Notes under the pieces: generated by a model
What the model was told of the DNA's origin: nothing
Databases searched by the model: none
What the model saw: the letters and a program-made list of their open reading frames with translations, nothing else
Position numbers and translations under genes: made by a program
Source of the DNA: Magallana gigas
Taxonomy: Eukaryota
Direction: 5' to 3'
Assembly: GCF_963853765.1 (NCBI RefSeq)
Contig: NC_088860.1
Coordinates: 9,548,001-9,612,000, forward strand
Length of the DNA stretch: 64,000 nucleotides
Shown: piece after piece, positions 1 to 13,000 of the stretch
Layout of the letters: the number at the start of each line of letters is the position of its first letter
How positions within the stretch are numbered: position 1 is the stretch's first letter

Positions 1-2009
1 CTGCGTATAAAAATTCCTTTTTATTCGTTCACTCCTAAAAAGAATGGGTAATAAATCTTTGATATAGAGTCAAATAACTGCTATGTTTGATATTTTCCCC
101 TCGTGCATACGAAGAATAAGGGTAGATTTGAAAGGGTAATATTTCATGTTGCGTTTGGGGGCCGGTATTACCGCTAAAGACGGTAATAAGCATGAGTTGC
201 ACGTTTCTAACGACTGTTTATCTGGCCCTTCGTTGGGGTAACACGTTGTGTTTAGTTCTGATTTGTGTCCGCTGTCTTCATTTATCACCAGCGCTGTATA
301 ATCAAAACTTTCTCAAGAGCGGTTCAACTGATCATTAAGAAAACCAATCAAGCACTCTAATGCGACTCGTGGCTTTTACTTGGTATTAGAATGCTATTTG
401 TTTTAATTACATCCTTTATTTGAAATAATGAGGGTTTTTGGGGGAGTACTTTTCTCCCCGACTAAAACATTACATTGAGTGGAACCATACACAGCGCTAC
501 GCGTAACTTAATACTGTGCGACACGAACAATCCATATTGGAAAATAACTACATTACATGTATAAAAATAACAATAGAATACCAAATTAAACTGATTTTAA
601 TGAATAATTTTCTAGGAACGGTTATCACATGTATCCATCTTTTTTTTCTCAATTTTCAATAGAATGCGAAGAAAGATGGCTTGGACGTGATCTTTAGGAG
701 TAGGAGGCGAAAAGAGTGTGATCATTCTTCTAATATTGTGTCATTCAAAACTTTGTTAGCCACAGACTTTCATTTATCACCATACATAGCTTAAGAATTT
801 GCTTTACTTCATCGCGTAGTAAAATGTGGTTGTTATAGGAACATCTATTTTTGTGATGCCTTATTATCTTTTGAGGCAATGCATCTTTTTAAGAACCTAC
901 AGCTTACGAAGACAATGATATTAAATCTGTTATGCATTTTTATCTTTTTGTGAAATAAAATGGCAATCATCAATAAAAGTCGTTCTTTCTGGCATTGTGT
1001 TTTTTTTCCATTTGTTACAAAACGAGACACATAATGTTACTTTCTTGAGTTTTGTCTGAGGTTGATCTAATTTAAACAAGAAAATGCTGTCCTTTGTGGC
1101 TCAAACAGGACATTAATTGATGTAGCGGGTATTGAAAATCAGAGCCCGTGTGGGCATTAAATCTTTGAAAGCATTCATGTAAAACTAATTAAAGTATTAC
1201 TATAACGATCATGAGAGTTACACACAGATGCAAAAGACAAAAATTATGTCATCACATCTTTCCAATTGTTAACACTGCAGGACAAGAAGATATTAAATAT
1301 AATTTAAAAACAGTCAATAATAGTAAAAACTCAAACTGTAAAGCATACATTAAATGATTGGACTAAAAATACAAGAGGTCCAAAGGCCACAATACTTTTT
1401 CTGGCGACAATACCCGTAGACATGATGAATGATCTTTACTTTATTGAAAACAAAATATCAATACTATTTTTAAATTTTTCTTTACATATATTTTTATGTT
1501 AAACATTGTCCTCAATATTAATCAGGATTTAATAATTCTTTCGTACTGCATATTTTAAATACCAGTAATGCAAAACGGAACACGTTACTTGTATTGACAT
1601 TCAACTTCATTTAGTAACGAAAACAATCATACGATATAGTAACTTAAGAAACAATAAAACAGTAAAACAGCTTCATAAAGGATTTAAATTTAATTCTCCT
1701 TTGATCTGATGATTATCATAATCATATGATGGCAAAGGACATCCAGTTTATGGTCTTCGTTTTACAATGTAATTTTGTTTATCAGAATCCAAAATATTTC
1801 TTCAAGCATCTTGGCGTTTCGAGGGTTGGACCTACTACAAAAGACAACAAATATTGAGACATTATACATGTATTTCAAAATGAACTCTTTTTTCAAATGG
1901 AAAAAAAATAATCCGTGATATGGTATGGATAAAATTTAGCCCGCCTTTTGATGGTCTAGTCAGACAGAAGTAATGCCAGTTCCTCTATACTACTACATGT
2001 AGTTTAATG

Positions 2010-2162
2010 CATGCGCGGATCTAGATGGGGGTCAGGGTGCCCCCCCCCCCACCCCCGAAAACTCGATTGTATCACTTAGTAAATCAAATCAAAATTATCT
2101 CAGAGACCCCCCCCCCCACACACACACACACCCTCATGAAAATAATTCTGGGCCTGCGCATG
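2010..2162. mobile_element. Short MITE with CATGCGCGGATC-type termini and internal poly-C/CA tracts
   Basis: Left CATGCGCGGATCTAGA, right TCTGGGCCTGCGCATG (imperfect inverted repeat). A related right end GGATCCGCGCCTG with poly-G occurs near 57486-57498. TSD not clear. Confidence 0.5.
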
Positions 2163-2248
2163 TAAATACTCGTATGACATTAAAATAAGAGACATGTTGA
2201 TCTAATGACTTGACCCCAAAAAAATGTTATACATTAGAATACAAATAC

Positions 2249-4233
2249 CCCACAAGAATATTTGGCGTCAGTTTCTTTTACAGGACCTTGTTGGGAGCCA
2301 TCAGTTTCCAGAGTAGAGAATCTATTACCAGGGTCTGGAGGAGCTGCATCAGTATTCTCAAAATCCTCAACCTGTGAATACAAATATTACACTTATTTTA
2401 TTTTTGAAGCGTCAGTGTGTTTGTGCGATCGCGCGCATGCGTGTTCCTGTAGGCAGCTGGTAGGTGCACAAGTAACATTTGTTCAGAACATAAAATACCG
2501 ATATTAATTGTTTTAGTTAATGAAATTTGATCATAATATTCTGAACGAATTAAGATGTTTTTGCATGTTAACCTTTCCAACTAAAATATTTCTAAATGTT
2601 GGAATAAAGGGGCGTAACTTCTAATGAATGGTCCCAATCGCAACTTCTCGGGCCTTTCCGGCAAGCTCGGAAAAAACACGTTTTTCCGAGCTTGCCGGAA
2701 AGGCCCGAGAAGTTGCGATTGGAATGGTCCCTATCTACCTGTTGGGTGTCTTTAAATATGTCTACGTTTAACAGAAGAACTCTCCGGGGGACAAACATCC
2801 GACTGTCTTCCTCTCTTCTTTCTCTTGCTTCCGGCCCACCATTCCCTGCATGAGTGAAAATATACAGTGGGATTTGTCAATAGAAAGTAAAAATGAAAGA
2901 TTTTAAGACTTACCGGTGTAATTTTCGATCATGTATACTCAAGCCATCATAACACGTGTCGATTCGTTTAGTACGTTAACATCGTAGCAATGAGCACGTG
3001 TATTTAGATTAGAAGGAATACTAGGAATACACGTAGCACTAAACATCATATACACGAATAGTCAAATATATAGTTGATTTCAATATTTAATATCTCTTAT
3101 GATTGTTAGTTTGAGCAATTGGCACAGACATTTTGTTTTTCAGAATTAAAAAAAACCCAAGCTTTTTGTGTACATACGAAGTCGGTAGATAGGATGCAAA
3201 CATATTTTTATGAATTGAATGTTCCTGCAATGCATATGTATACCAGCAATTCCTGGTGTAGTTCTTTCATTTTTCTCGCCTTCTTTGATAAAATAAATAA
3301 ATCATCAAATACATGGCTGTCCTTTGTAGGTTTGTTTGTCAGGGACCTCTACCACAATGAAGGAAAAAATTGTATTACATAACAATTCATTTAGATATTA
3401 TAATAATGAGGTTGATTGGAGAAAAAAAAGACAAGTAATGACTTTTATAATAATCCCTTCCCCCTTTTAATTAAAAAAAGGAACAAAAAACACACACATT
3501 GTTGTTTTAATTAGCCTAACCTCCCTGCTCGCCACAAAACAAATACCCACGGTATCATACATTCGTTACTTTGCAGGATTTTATTTTTAAATTCTGTTCC
3601 CGATCTTCTCAGATTTTATTTGTCATTGGTTATTTTTTTTTCTTGAATAGCAATTTTAAAATACAATGCATATAGTTTTTACATGATTATACATGTCTTC
3701 TTTCCATAAAGATAACTAACTGCTTACAAGTCTGGTTGATTGATGTCGCTAATTTTCACACTTTTTCTTCTATTTAAGAAGTGCAATATTTTATTTATAG
3801 TATGATATTGAAGGTTTTGTTCGATGTGACGGCCAGACTGATTGTATATATATATATATATATATAGTTACTTACAAGAAGCTCTTCCTGGAACTTCCAC
3901 GCCTCCTTTCGTTTGAGAATCCACTCGTCAATTGTTTTACTCCTTTGATTCATCAGATTCTGTAAAGCAATGAACAACTAATATTATAGAGTATTTAACT
4001 TCAAAAATATAATAATCTATTATTTACAATAAATATATACAATTACATCAGATTTGATCAAAATGAGAAAAAGGATTTATTTTATCAGCAAATAAAGGAA
4101 AACTGGCGATTTATACAAAAATGAAAGCATGTTTCGATAAATCAATGAATAATGTCCTTACCATTCTGACATTGTCATCAGTTGCACACTTGTTGGAGTT
4201 CACTCCATCGTTAACTTTGTCAAAACTATCCAT
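2249..4233 (-). CDS. Uncharacterised multi-exon gene candidate (short, partly coiled-coil-like); 3' structure unresolved
   Basis: GT-AG phase-0 exon chain 4233-4162 (MDSFDKVNDG...VRM), 3959-3876 (NLMNQRSK...FQEELL; the only open frame), 3348-3244 (RSLTNKP...LHQELL). Further spliceable blocks 2932-2914, 2845-2739, 2371-2249 (only frame 0 open) and 293-70. Upstream non-coding donor GAG|GTAAGT after 4390. Confidence 0.5.
2634..2722. mobile_element. Perfect palindromic MITE (42-bp arms, 5-nt loop) with target-site duplication
   Basis: CCAATCGCAACTTCTCGGGCCTTTCCGGCAAGCTCGGAAAAA-ACACG-exact reverse complement; flanked by direct repeat GAATGGTCCC at 2626-2635 and 2722-2731. Confidence 0.85.
3845..3866. 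repeat. (TA)n microsatellite
   Basis: About 11 TA units; a similar tract lies near 22820-22843. Confidence 0.85.
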
Positions 4234-4438
4234 AACTATCGCAAACGTCGCTTGAGAAAAAAACGAAAATTATTGGGTCAAGTTTGGTCGAACTTGGTGT
4301 CTAATATGCTACAGAAAGAAAAGTGTCATCTTCTTATTTTAAACGTGAAATTTATAATGTAAAAACAGATGATAACCAACACAACTTACCTCGACTTTTC
4401 ACTTTTTATGTTGTTCGGTTGTAAGGGTAGACAAACTA

Positions 4439-4475
4439 TGACGTTGTAATTGCAACCTCATAAAAGGTGACGTAA
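4439..4475 (-). promoter_or_regulatory. Two CRE-like TGACGT motifs at the presumed start of the left minus-strand gene
   Basis: TGACGT 4439-4444 and TGACGTAA 4468-4475, just upstream of the donor at 4390. Confidence 0.3.
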
Positions 4476-4603
4476 CAATCTCATAATATCGGGTTTTTTC
4501 AATTTTTTATTTTATGATAAAAATTTATCAATGTCTAAAGCAATTTCGTTTTTTTTGTTTTCGAACAATCCTATTTTTCCAATGTACTTTAATAGTTTGT
4601 TAA

Positions 4604-5205
4604 AGCTGCTTGGTCCGATTTTATATCAAATTTTGTGCACGTTTTTAAACGATAATTATGCTAAGTATATGTATAATAATATACATTGCAGTAGTTTTCC
4701 AAGTCAATTAAGCCAAATTTCAAGGAAAAAAAAAATTGTACAAAATTTGTTAACAAAACAAACGACATAAAAGGGTATCGGGTTATTTTGCCTCATGCTA
4801 AAATTCACCCCTGACGTCAAGACGGGTATGGTTGTATTCCGGCTTTGACATCGCTGTAAATAAAGGTCATGATAATGTTCAGGGAAATTACAAATAAACC
4901 TGTGTACGTTTTGTTTGCTAATAATTCGTTTACAATCGATGCATAGCATGTGGGTTGTATAACTCCAATCATTTGGGGGACGAAACCAAGCGGTTCCCTT
5001 TTCTAAACATCCCATGATGCATTTTGGTTTGTTTTTTCGTTTGCCCAAAGAGAAATTATTTTTATTTACTTTGAATATTTGTAACTTTGAAAGGAGACCT
5101 ATCCTGCTGGTGTAAATAGGAGAAAGTCCATAACTTTATAAGACAAACGGCTTGTATGAAAAAAATATTTGATACTGTAATAACAAAAAATCGGACCAAG
5201 CAGCT
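4604..5205. mobile_element. Kolobok-type non-autonomous DNA transposon, 602 bp
   Basis: TTAA at 4600-4603 and 5206-5209; 19-bp perfect TIR AGCTGCTTGGTCCGATTTT; TTAA TSD with purine-purine termini is the Kolobok signature (piggyBac starts CCY). Confidence 0.8.
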
Positions 5206-6444
5206 TTAATTTTACGATAAAAACTTTCAAACTTTCTGGGTTTTATTTTTTTTTTTTTTACTGAAAACGAGTTATCTATCTTTTATCATAATGTTTAATT
5301 GTAATGAAAAAATTATCAATTAAAAAAATAATAAAAGTTGACATATATTTATATATAATGGTTCAATTTTATTTAAATCAAACATTTTACGCACGTCGGA
5401 AAATATACATAAATATAATATTAAATATACATGTGCATGCATAAACAATGTAGATGTATAACCATTCTATATGTACCCATAAATGAAATAAACAATAAAC
5501 TGCATAATTTACTTAAATCACTTCTTTTGGGAATTCCATATATAAACGATATGCAGCTAACTGTCGATGCAAACCTCTTACTGTAATTGCTGACAGCCAA
5601 CTGTCAGCTGCCTACTGTACATGTCGTCTGTATGTGTGAAGGATTTCAGCACGCGTGCAAAACTACAATGTAACTGATGAAGATCTCAAGAACTAAAGTC
5701 AAACGCATTTTTAAAGGAAGGGTTAATGTGTTGGAAAGTACATTATTGTTTTTCTTATTTATTCTTATATTCTGTTTATTTCTACCATTTTTACAATTTT
5801 GTTTTTTTAATATTAAAACAGGAAAACCAAAAAAAAAATAAATACCCTGGTAGGTCACGCGGAACATTTAAAAGCACACGGAACTCCTTTTTCTATATCC
5901 TAAATTGCACTATAATTCCTGATTTCAAACGTGAGACATTTTTTGGAGAAAATTTTCAAAACAAATGAAACAGACACATACATGTATTTTACATGTAACC
6001 CTCTATTTCAAGAGAGAGAAAACTAACGTTAAAACGCTGTTCGTATTTTCCAATGCTTCCAATAATACAATATATGTGTTACAGAGTTAAAAAATAAAAT
6101 TTACTAAATTATCGCATTAACCATGTAATTAACCTTTGCGTATTCATTTTAAAATAAAGTCCAATACGTATAACATAGGAAATAACTTTAGAAATGTTCT
6201 TATATATCATACAGGCAGTAAGTAATTGGGGGGGGGGGGCACCACTTTGTTTCGCAACAAACAAATTTTAAAACATATTGAATTTAATATCACTCTTCGC
6301 TACCCCCGACGGGTACAATTTTAAATAGAATTTTTGCAGACTTTGGGGAAGAGAGTTTATTTTTATTCATTATTTTTTTTTTCAATATTTCGGATAAGTT
6401 TGCCCCCCCCCCCCTCCTTGTAAAAAACGATGCTACGTGTAGCA

Positions 6445-6448
<4 letters not shown>

Positions 6449-6483
<35 letters not shown>
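6449..6483. repeat. (TC)n microsatellite
   Basis: About 17 uninterrupted TC units. Confidence 0.95.
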
Positions 6484-6485
<2 letters not shown>

Positions 6486-7570
6486 TGCGTAGAGTTTTTG
6501 ATGTAAGGTACTATACGTTACAACAAGGAAGTAGGAAATTAGTGCACAGTCTGTCATTCCGTGTGTTGTTTGAAAAACATAAATCAGTTCAGCCCAAGAA
6601 CAAGGAAATACTATAACAAGAGTGCAGTACGTGTTTACGTTAGAACTGCAAGGGAAAATGTTATAAACTAAATGATATATTCATCGGTCGTGTGTCATAT
6701 CGAATATATTGTGAACCTTTATATACATGTACATAAAACTTGTTGTGACAAGAAATGTGAATGTTTTAAGATTATAAAGAAGACTTTCCATCATTGCACA
6801 GCGGATCGGGACAATCAGGAAGCCGTGGTTAGACGACATTATGATAAAAGCAAGATGGTAAATGATGTACATTTCCTATTGAATGAAAGTCTTTTTGAAA
6901 ACTGAAATCAAGAATTTTAAATTCTCAAAGGATAAGAAAAAAATTGCAGATGCGTTTCTTAATCAATTATTCAGTGAAATTAACAAAAGGCATCTGACGT
7001 TATTTTTCGCGTAAATGTCTACTAACAAACTGAAGGTCTATTTAATACTTCACAATGTGTGGTATTAGGTATAGGTGTATGATTTAATGAAGAAAAAATA
7101 TAAAATATCACATTCATGTGACATAAACATATTCCTGTATTTTAAGGCTATTTATTCAAGAGGCTGCCCAAATTTTAAATTTAACGTCACCAGCGGGTTT
7201 AATAGAAATTGTTGGGTTTTCTAAAACCAAACAAACCCCTAGTTTAAATGTTATTTTTCATTAATTGTTTGCAATTAGGAATCATGCAATCTGAAGAAAT
7301 ACGAAGTGTTCATGGCACATATAACTGTATAATGGATTATATATCGAATACTCAATGGAATTGTCTTCAGTATTGGCAGGTGACAGCTATACCCAGTCTA
7401 CATGTAGCTTGAAAACTCGCAGTATTTGTAATAACTGTAAATAAATAAAAATCACTTGTTTAAATTTTTTGTTTTGATTTTATCGCCCTTCCTCTTAGGT
7501 TTGATATTTTGAAGGCGGCGTTAAACATGTCAGCTCGGGTAGCGATCGTTTGTGGTTTCTTACATTATCA

Positions 7571-7600
7571 CACACTTCCGGTTTCCAATAAAATGGCGAA
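7571..7600 (+). promoter_or_regulatory. Candidate TATA-less promoter/TSS of the PLEKHA1-like gene
   Basis: ETS-type ACTTCCGG (7574-7581) next to YY1-type AAAATGGCG (7590-7598) in a locally CpG-richer patch 2.4 kb upstream of the first coding exon. Confidence 0.45.
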
Positions 7601-8181
7601 GCAGTTTGACTTCCTCGTTTCACGCTTCAGAGAAACTTCACCAACCAAATAATTAGGATGGCGTGTGGTTGAAGCATATGTTTTAAGGTTGCTATTTAGT
7701 TGTGTTCTGTTTATTTTAGTGTGGCTTATACTTCAAGGCACTTAGTGAGAGCATTTGGACATTTTCCCCAATGTTGATTGTTTACATTTTCGTTGTTCTC
7801 TTACGTTTTCTTCGTTACCTTACAGACTTAATAAAGTAAAATTCCATATTGATTACTGGAATTGATAAGCATAGGATTCTGTAAAGGCAAAAGAAGGTTG
7901 TCTAATCTTTTGGGAAATGGTTGAGTAATATATTGAGTTGAGCTTTTACAGCCAATTCGAGGAAGTACTTGTTTATTACCACACTGTTCAGTAAAACTGT
8001 TTCCTCTTAAAATTTTTATCTACATCAAGCAATGAAATTGACTTGGGGTATATTCCTATATAATTCAAATACAGAAAAACCTATTGTCAAAGAAATCCAC
8101 ATTTTATAACTTTATTTGTAAATGTACAAATACTCAAAATTTCTGTTTACACATTTCATTTTACAAAACTTTAAAAGTGGT

Positions 8182-9007
8182 AAAGTGCAAGTACCCATTA
8201 TTGCCGAGTACCCATTATTGCCGATTGTTATAAAAACAGCAAAATTTCCGCTATCTATTTGTCGTTTTTTGCTACAAACAAAAATAAATAAAAAATAGAA
8301 TGTTTAAGACACTATAAGAGTTGGGAATGAAGAAAATTTACTTCAAACATCTCAGGACTCACCTTAACAAAGTTGCCCCTATAAAAATGTATCTAAATTG
8401 TATTCGTGCAATGACACATGCCACTGAATGTTTGACTTGTAATCCACTTTGATGACAGGGCATTTTTTTGTTTAGGTCCAAATTCGAGGAATATTTCTCT
8501 CCGTGTTATGATATTTGACAAAAATAAGCAAGATACCAATTCTACTACAGAATATTTAAGAAAGAAATCTGAGCGTCTGCTTGCTTGTAAGACGCCATTT
8601 TGTTTGCAACCTGAGGCGGATCAAAGATTTATCCATATGCACCTGCGGTGTAAATCAGAGGCGCTGCTGTTAACTTTCACACACGTTATTTCTTTTAGTG
8701 GTCACACTAAGACTTATTTTTTTAAAAAATTAATAAATAAAGAATGCATTTCTATAATTTTTAATCATTTGTCCCGAGACATGTGAAGTACATGTTCCTC
8801 CGTTTTTTTGCAGGTGGCCGCAAGGACATCGAAAAAAAAATATTGCTTATAATATGATTGAGTTGCGTTTATGATAGAATTTTTTTTGTTATGTTCTTAC
8901 ATTGTATCTTATGTTGTTAGATTCTTTTAAAATTTTGACATTTTTACTGATTAATTACTGGAAAATAGCGAAAAGATATGAGCGGCAATAATAGGTACTC
9001 GAACTTC
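8182..9007. mobile_element. Degenerate TIR element (~820 bp) in PLEKHA1-like intron 1
   Basis: AGTACCCATTATTGCCG twice in tandem (17-bp period from 8190) and its inverse CGGCAATAATAGGTACT at 8983-8999; ends and TSD not resolved. Confidence 0.45.
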
Positions 9008-10053
9008 TTTTAAATCGAAGGTCATGGACAGGGTTTTTATTTTTAGTAAGAAGTAAGTAGATATTGATGAGAATAAAATAAAAATTATTCCTCAAATTAA
9101 TTACATGAACAGTGCAGAGATTTGCCTAGAAATTTTAACATGACAGCTTACATGAAGAGAGTAATAGAGGAAACTTGTGTATTGTTCGGCAGTAATGGGT
9201 ACTCGCACGTTATAAATTATGACAATATACATCCACCTGTAAACTTGGCTGAAATAGTGCAGTCATTGGCATTCACAATTTTAAATGAATACCTTAGGAC
9301 AGAAGGAAGATGAATGTGTATATAATATATTATATTTAATTTCCTATTTGCTCACAAACATAAAATTTTCTATATTTTTGTAATGGCAGAATACTGATTC
9401 TATTCTCACCATCACCTTATTTTGCGTGATTAATTGTAACATTCATTGTAATGGCTAGAACTGGCAACTGACAGGAATTTGTAGAAGTTGTTCAAATTTT
9501 CCATAAATTCTTGTGTGTTTTTAAGCCTGTTTTGTACAAGTAGTAGGCTTATTGCTTATGGTAGGAATTCAATCTGAATAGATTTTATTATGGGAGACTG
9601 GTTTTTAGGAACAAGTTATTTGATTACTTATAATTCCATTATAAACAATTCAAACAGACACATTCTATGGGCACATATAGGCTTTACTGCTCTTTTTAAC
9701 AGAAAAGTTATGTTCATACTTGCTGACTTGCACTCAATTTTATTGTCGAAAAGTATTAGTAACTGCCACAGAAAATAAATCCTAAATTTGGCTAGGGTTC
9801 ACTCTCTTGGGTTAGGTCTGGTTGGTACATAATTGCCAGTATTTGTCCTGACAGATTTAAAATTGACTTGCAGGACTCAAATTTTCTTTATTATAATGTA
9901 TAGATGTAAATCAACAGACTGTTTGTAAAAAGAGTGTCACCTGGGGGTTTAAATCTTGACATAATTGATTTGCTTCTCTTTGAAAGATAGGTATACTAGT
10001 ATACTGTATTCTTAGGAAATAATTTTCCCATCCTCTTTTGACAGGATAATACC

Positions 10054-13000
10054 ATGCCATACCAAGACAAACAAGGAAGGACTTGTGGATTTCTAAACAT
10101 CCTTGAAAAAGAGTCCTCTACCAACTCGAAGAGGAGATACTTTGTTCTTGAACCTCGTGATGAGTTGTTGAAATACTATCTTGATAACCCTAATGTATGT
10201 ACTGCTATATAACACAAAATGCCTTTCTTTTTTTCACTATTTGTTCACTATAAATTTAAAAAAATACATGTGATTTGCACATCTATATTATTTTGCAAAA
10301 CATTCTTTTTGTCCAAAAGAATAATGTCTTTTGTATCTACCGTAAATTACTATATTTACATTAAAAGGCTGGTTTGTTGTATAAAAAAAAAATGAAATGA
10401 GATTGTTTTGCATTTACAGAATTTGGCTTCAGATCAGCAATACCCATGTGGGGAAATCAGTACTACTGTTATATCAAAGGTAAGATAATATTCCACAACT
10501 CAAGGTACAGGTAGTCATTGAATTTTTTTTAGGTGCCCATGGTGCAAACTGCAAGAATTTTGAAACATTAAAACAATCTTTATTTCAGGTTAGTGAAGTT
10601 TCCAAGAAACAGAAACCCAAACTGAATTCCTGCTTTGGTAAGTCGAATGCACGCAATGTATTTCTGGCTTTAGAGGACAATAGCAAGTAAATTGTCCCCT
10701 GAGACACCAAGTTGAACTATTTCCCAAGGCAAAGTAGAGGGAAATAATATTTTTTTTTTGGGGGGGGGGAGGGGCATTAAATTGCTATTGTCCTAATAGT
10801 CAGTAATTAAATTGGTACATTATTATACCATACATAACTTTATTAGTCAACAATGCAGAGTCAGTAGATGGTAAATAGGTCCAAGTGAACAAACTTTGAA
10901 TTTAGCAAAGCAACTCCAATAAAACCAGAGAAGTTCTGTGATTAAAAACTAGGGAAATTGAATGCTGTGCATTTATAGTTTCCATGACTTATTAACCATA
11001 AGCAAAAAGCATGAAGACTATTTCAGAGTAAATGCTGTCTACCAGATGACATAGCAATACAAAGATATATAATGATATATGATACACTGTAAATGAAAGA
11101 GCTACCTGAATTACTGAATTGCCTTAAATCATTTGAATTTCAATTCATTTAACATTTTGTTTAAAACCTAGCCATGTTTGACCAGTGTTTTGAAATGGTA
11201 TTTTTCAGTGATTAATCATGCAGGCAAAGCGTTATATCTACAAGCAGAGTCTGCTGAAGATATGCATGGATGGGTGTATGCCTTGAATAACGTCAGTAAA
11301 ATAACAGTAAGTGTCCGACAACAGTAGGCATCAACGTTCAATGTTTAAATGGAAAATTCTGTTTCAACAATGATAGTATGTGTTGGTAATTACAGGTAAC
11401 TCTTAATGGCTCAAAATTCGTTCGCTCAAAGTTCTTGTTCGCTGGAAGTGAGTGTCCAGTCCTAATATTTTTCCCAGTATAACTAAGCATATTTACTCTT
11501 GATTTCTTGAACTCAAACTGCAGTCCCGTTATTCATAATCTATTGTTTTTTACTCTCGATACCTCAAAGTGGCCATGTATAAGCAAGAATTACCTAGTTG
11601 ACATCTTGACTTGGTCATTTAAATGGCTCCAGGCGTTAGATGCCTGACCCATGTAACGGGATGTTTATTCAGGTGACACTTGTCCTGCAAGTTGATAAAT
11701 GATTGATTATAGGACATACCGTTCTCTAATCTATAATTAATACCTGCGGTCTTATGATATTCTGGAGACTCAGTGAAAATGAGAAATTAATTATGAGACG
11801 AGAGGATAATTTTGAGCCATAGTCAAGGTTAAATGAATTACAAAAGTGTAGAAATTATGCTTATTAGCATCATTGTCATTATGAAGATTATTGCTGAACA
11901 CTACAGAATAGAACAGTTCTTACAGAACTGAGCAGTACCACTGAGCAATCTGGAGAAGAATCTGTACAGTGGGTAATACATGGACTCAGTTATCTGTTTT
12001 ACGACAAGTTGCCTCGCAGTGCAGTAGTTTTGAGCAATCTGGTCATAATATGATGCATAAAATAATAAATATCATGATTTTATTCAATATTTGTTTCTAT
12101 TAAGTTTTTAAAACACCCAGATCTGTATATATAACTGACAACAACATTGTTAAAGCACATGCATAAGCATATGCACTAAAATAAATGGCTTAATCATCAC
12201 ATTTTGTATAAAAACTAACTTTAAAACCTGTCTGTCAACCCGGAAAATTCCAAACTCTTAAAAACTCAAACTTTTGATCCCTCAAAGTTTAACCTTGATC
12301 TAATGTACTTGGAATCATCGAGAGTCACCTGTACATTAATAAAAAAGGGATCTACAATTATGTTTAAATTTCACAATTTTTGTTTCAGGTTCCTGTAGAG
12401 GAATCCAAGCATCTAAATGACCCTGAAGCAGGCTACAAGACAGAGATTGCTGGAGGAGTCCCCATCAAAATTCCAATTAGGGTATTCAATTTTTGTCACC
12501 ATGTTTGGTGCAGTGGTCAGGATAACAAAAAAAAAAAAAGAAGGGTTTTATTCTGTAATTCTTGATAATACGAGTACTTTGGTCATATTAGTTGGTAAGA
12601 ATGATACCGTCGGTAAAGCCTATAGATATTTGGTTTTACAATTACAATAAAAGACAATTTTCTCAAAACAAACACTGGCTCAGTAGTAAGAGATTGATAT
12701 ATTTTAGATTTGGACTAATGCACTGTGATCAACACAAGTGTTGGTCCAGTAGGATAGGAAATTTGAAAAAAAAAAATTAAAAGCTGAAGTAACCTGTAAT
12801 TAAAGTATTTATTTCTGGTTCCAAGAAAAAAAAAGAGATTCTCGATGTAAGAGGTAGCCTGGCTTTACTAAAAAAAAAAAAAGGTTTTGAATTTTTTATT
12901 TTTTCTCTTTTAACCAATCAGAATGAGAACTCTAATGACTCGAATCCCTCCAGTGAGAGCGAGGAGAGCAATGACAATACCAGGATTGTGGCGGGTTCAC

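Noticed and set aside
4704-5048. 114-aa minus-strand ORF
   Set aside because: Lies wholly inside the 602-bp Kolobok MITE with no DDE, THAP or other motif; likewise ORF 14989-15294 in the second Kolobok element.
5589-5608. Hairpin GCTGACAG-CCAA-CTGTCAGC, with a similar GCTGACA-AAGC-TGTCAGC near 31772-31789
   Set aside because: Arms of 7-8 bp without TSD are within chance expectation for 64 kb.
11926-11972. Exon-like block CTTACAG|AACTGAGC...CAGTGG|GTAATA in a PLEKHA1 intron
   Set aside because: Its open frame needs a phase-1 donor, but the preceding exon ends in phase 0 (immediate stop).
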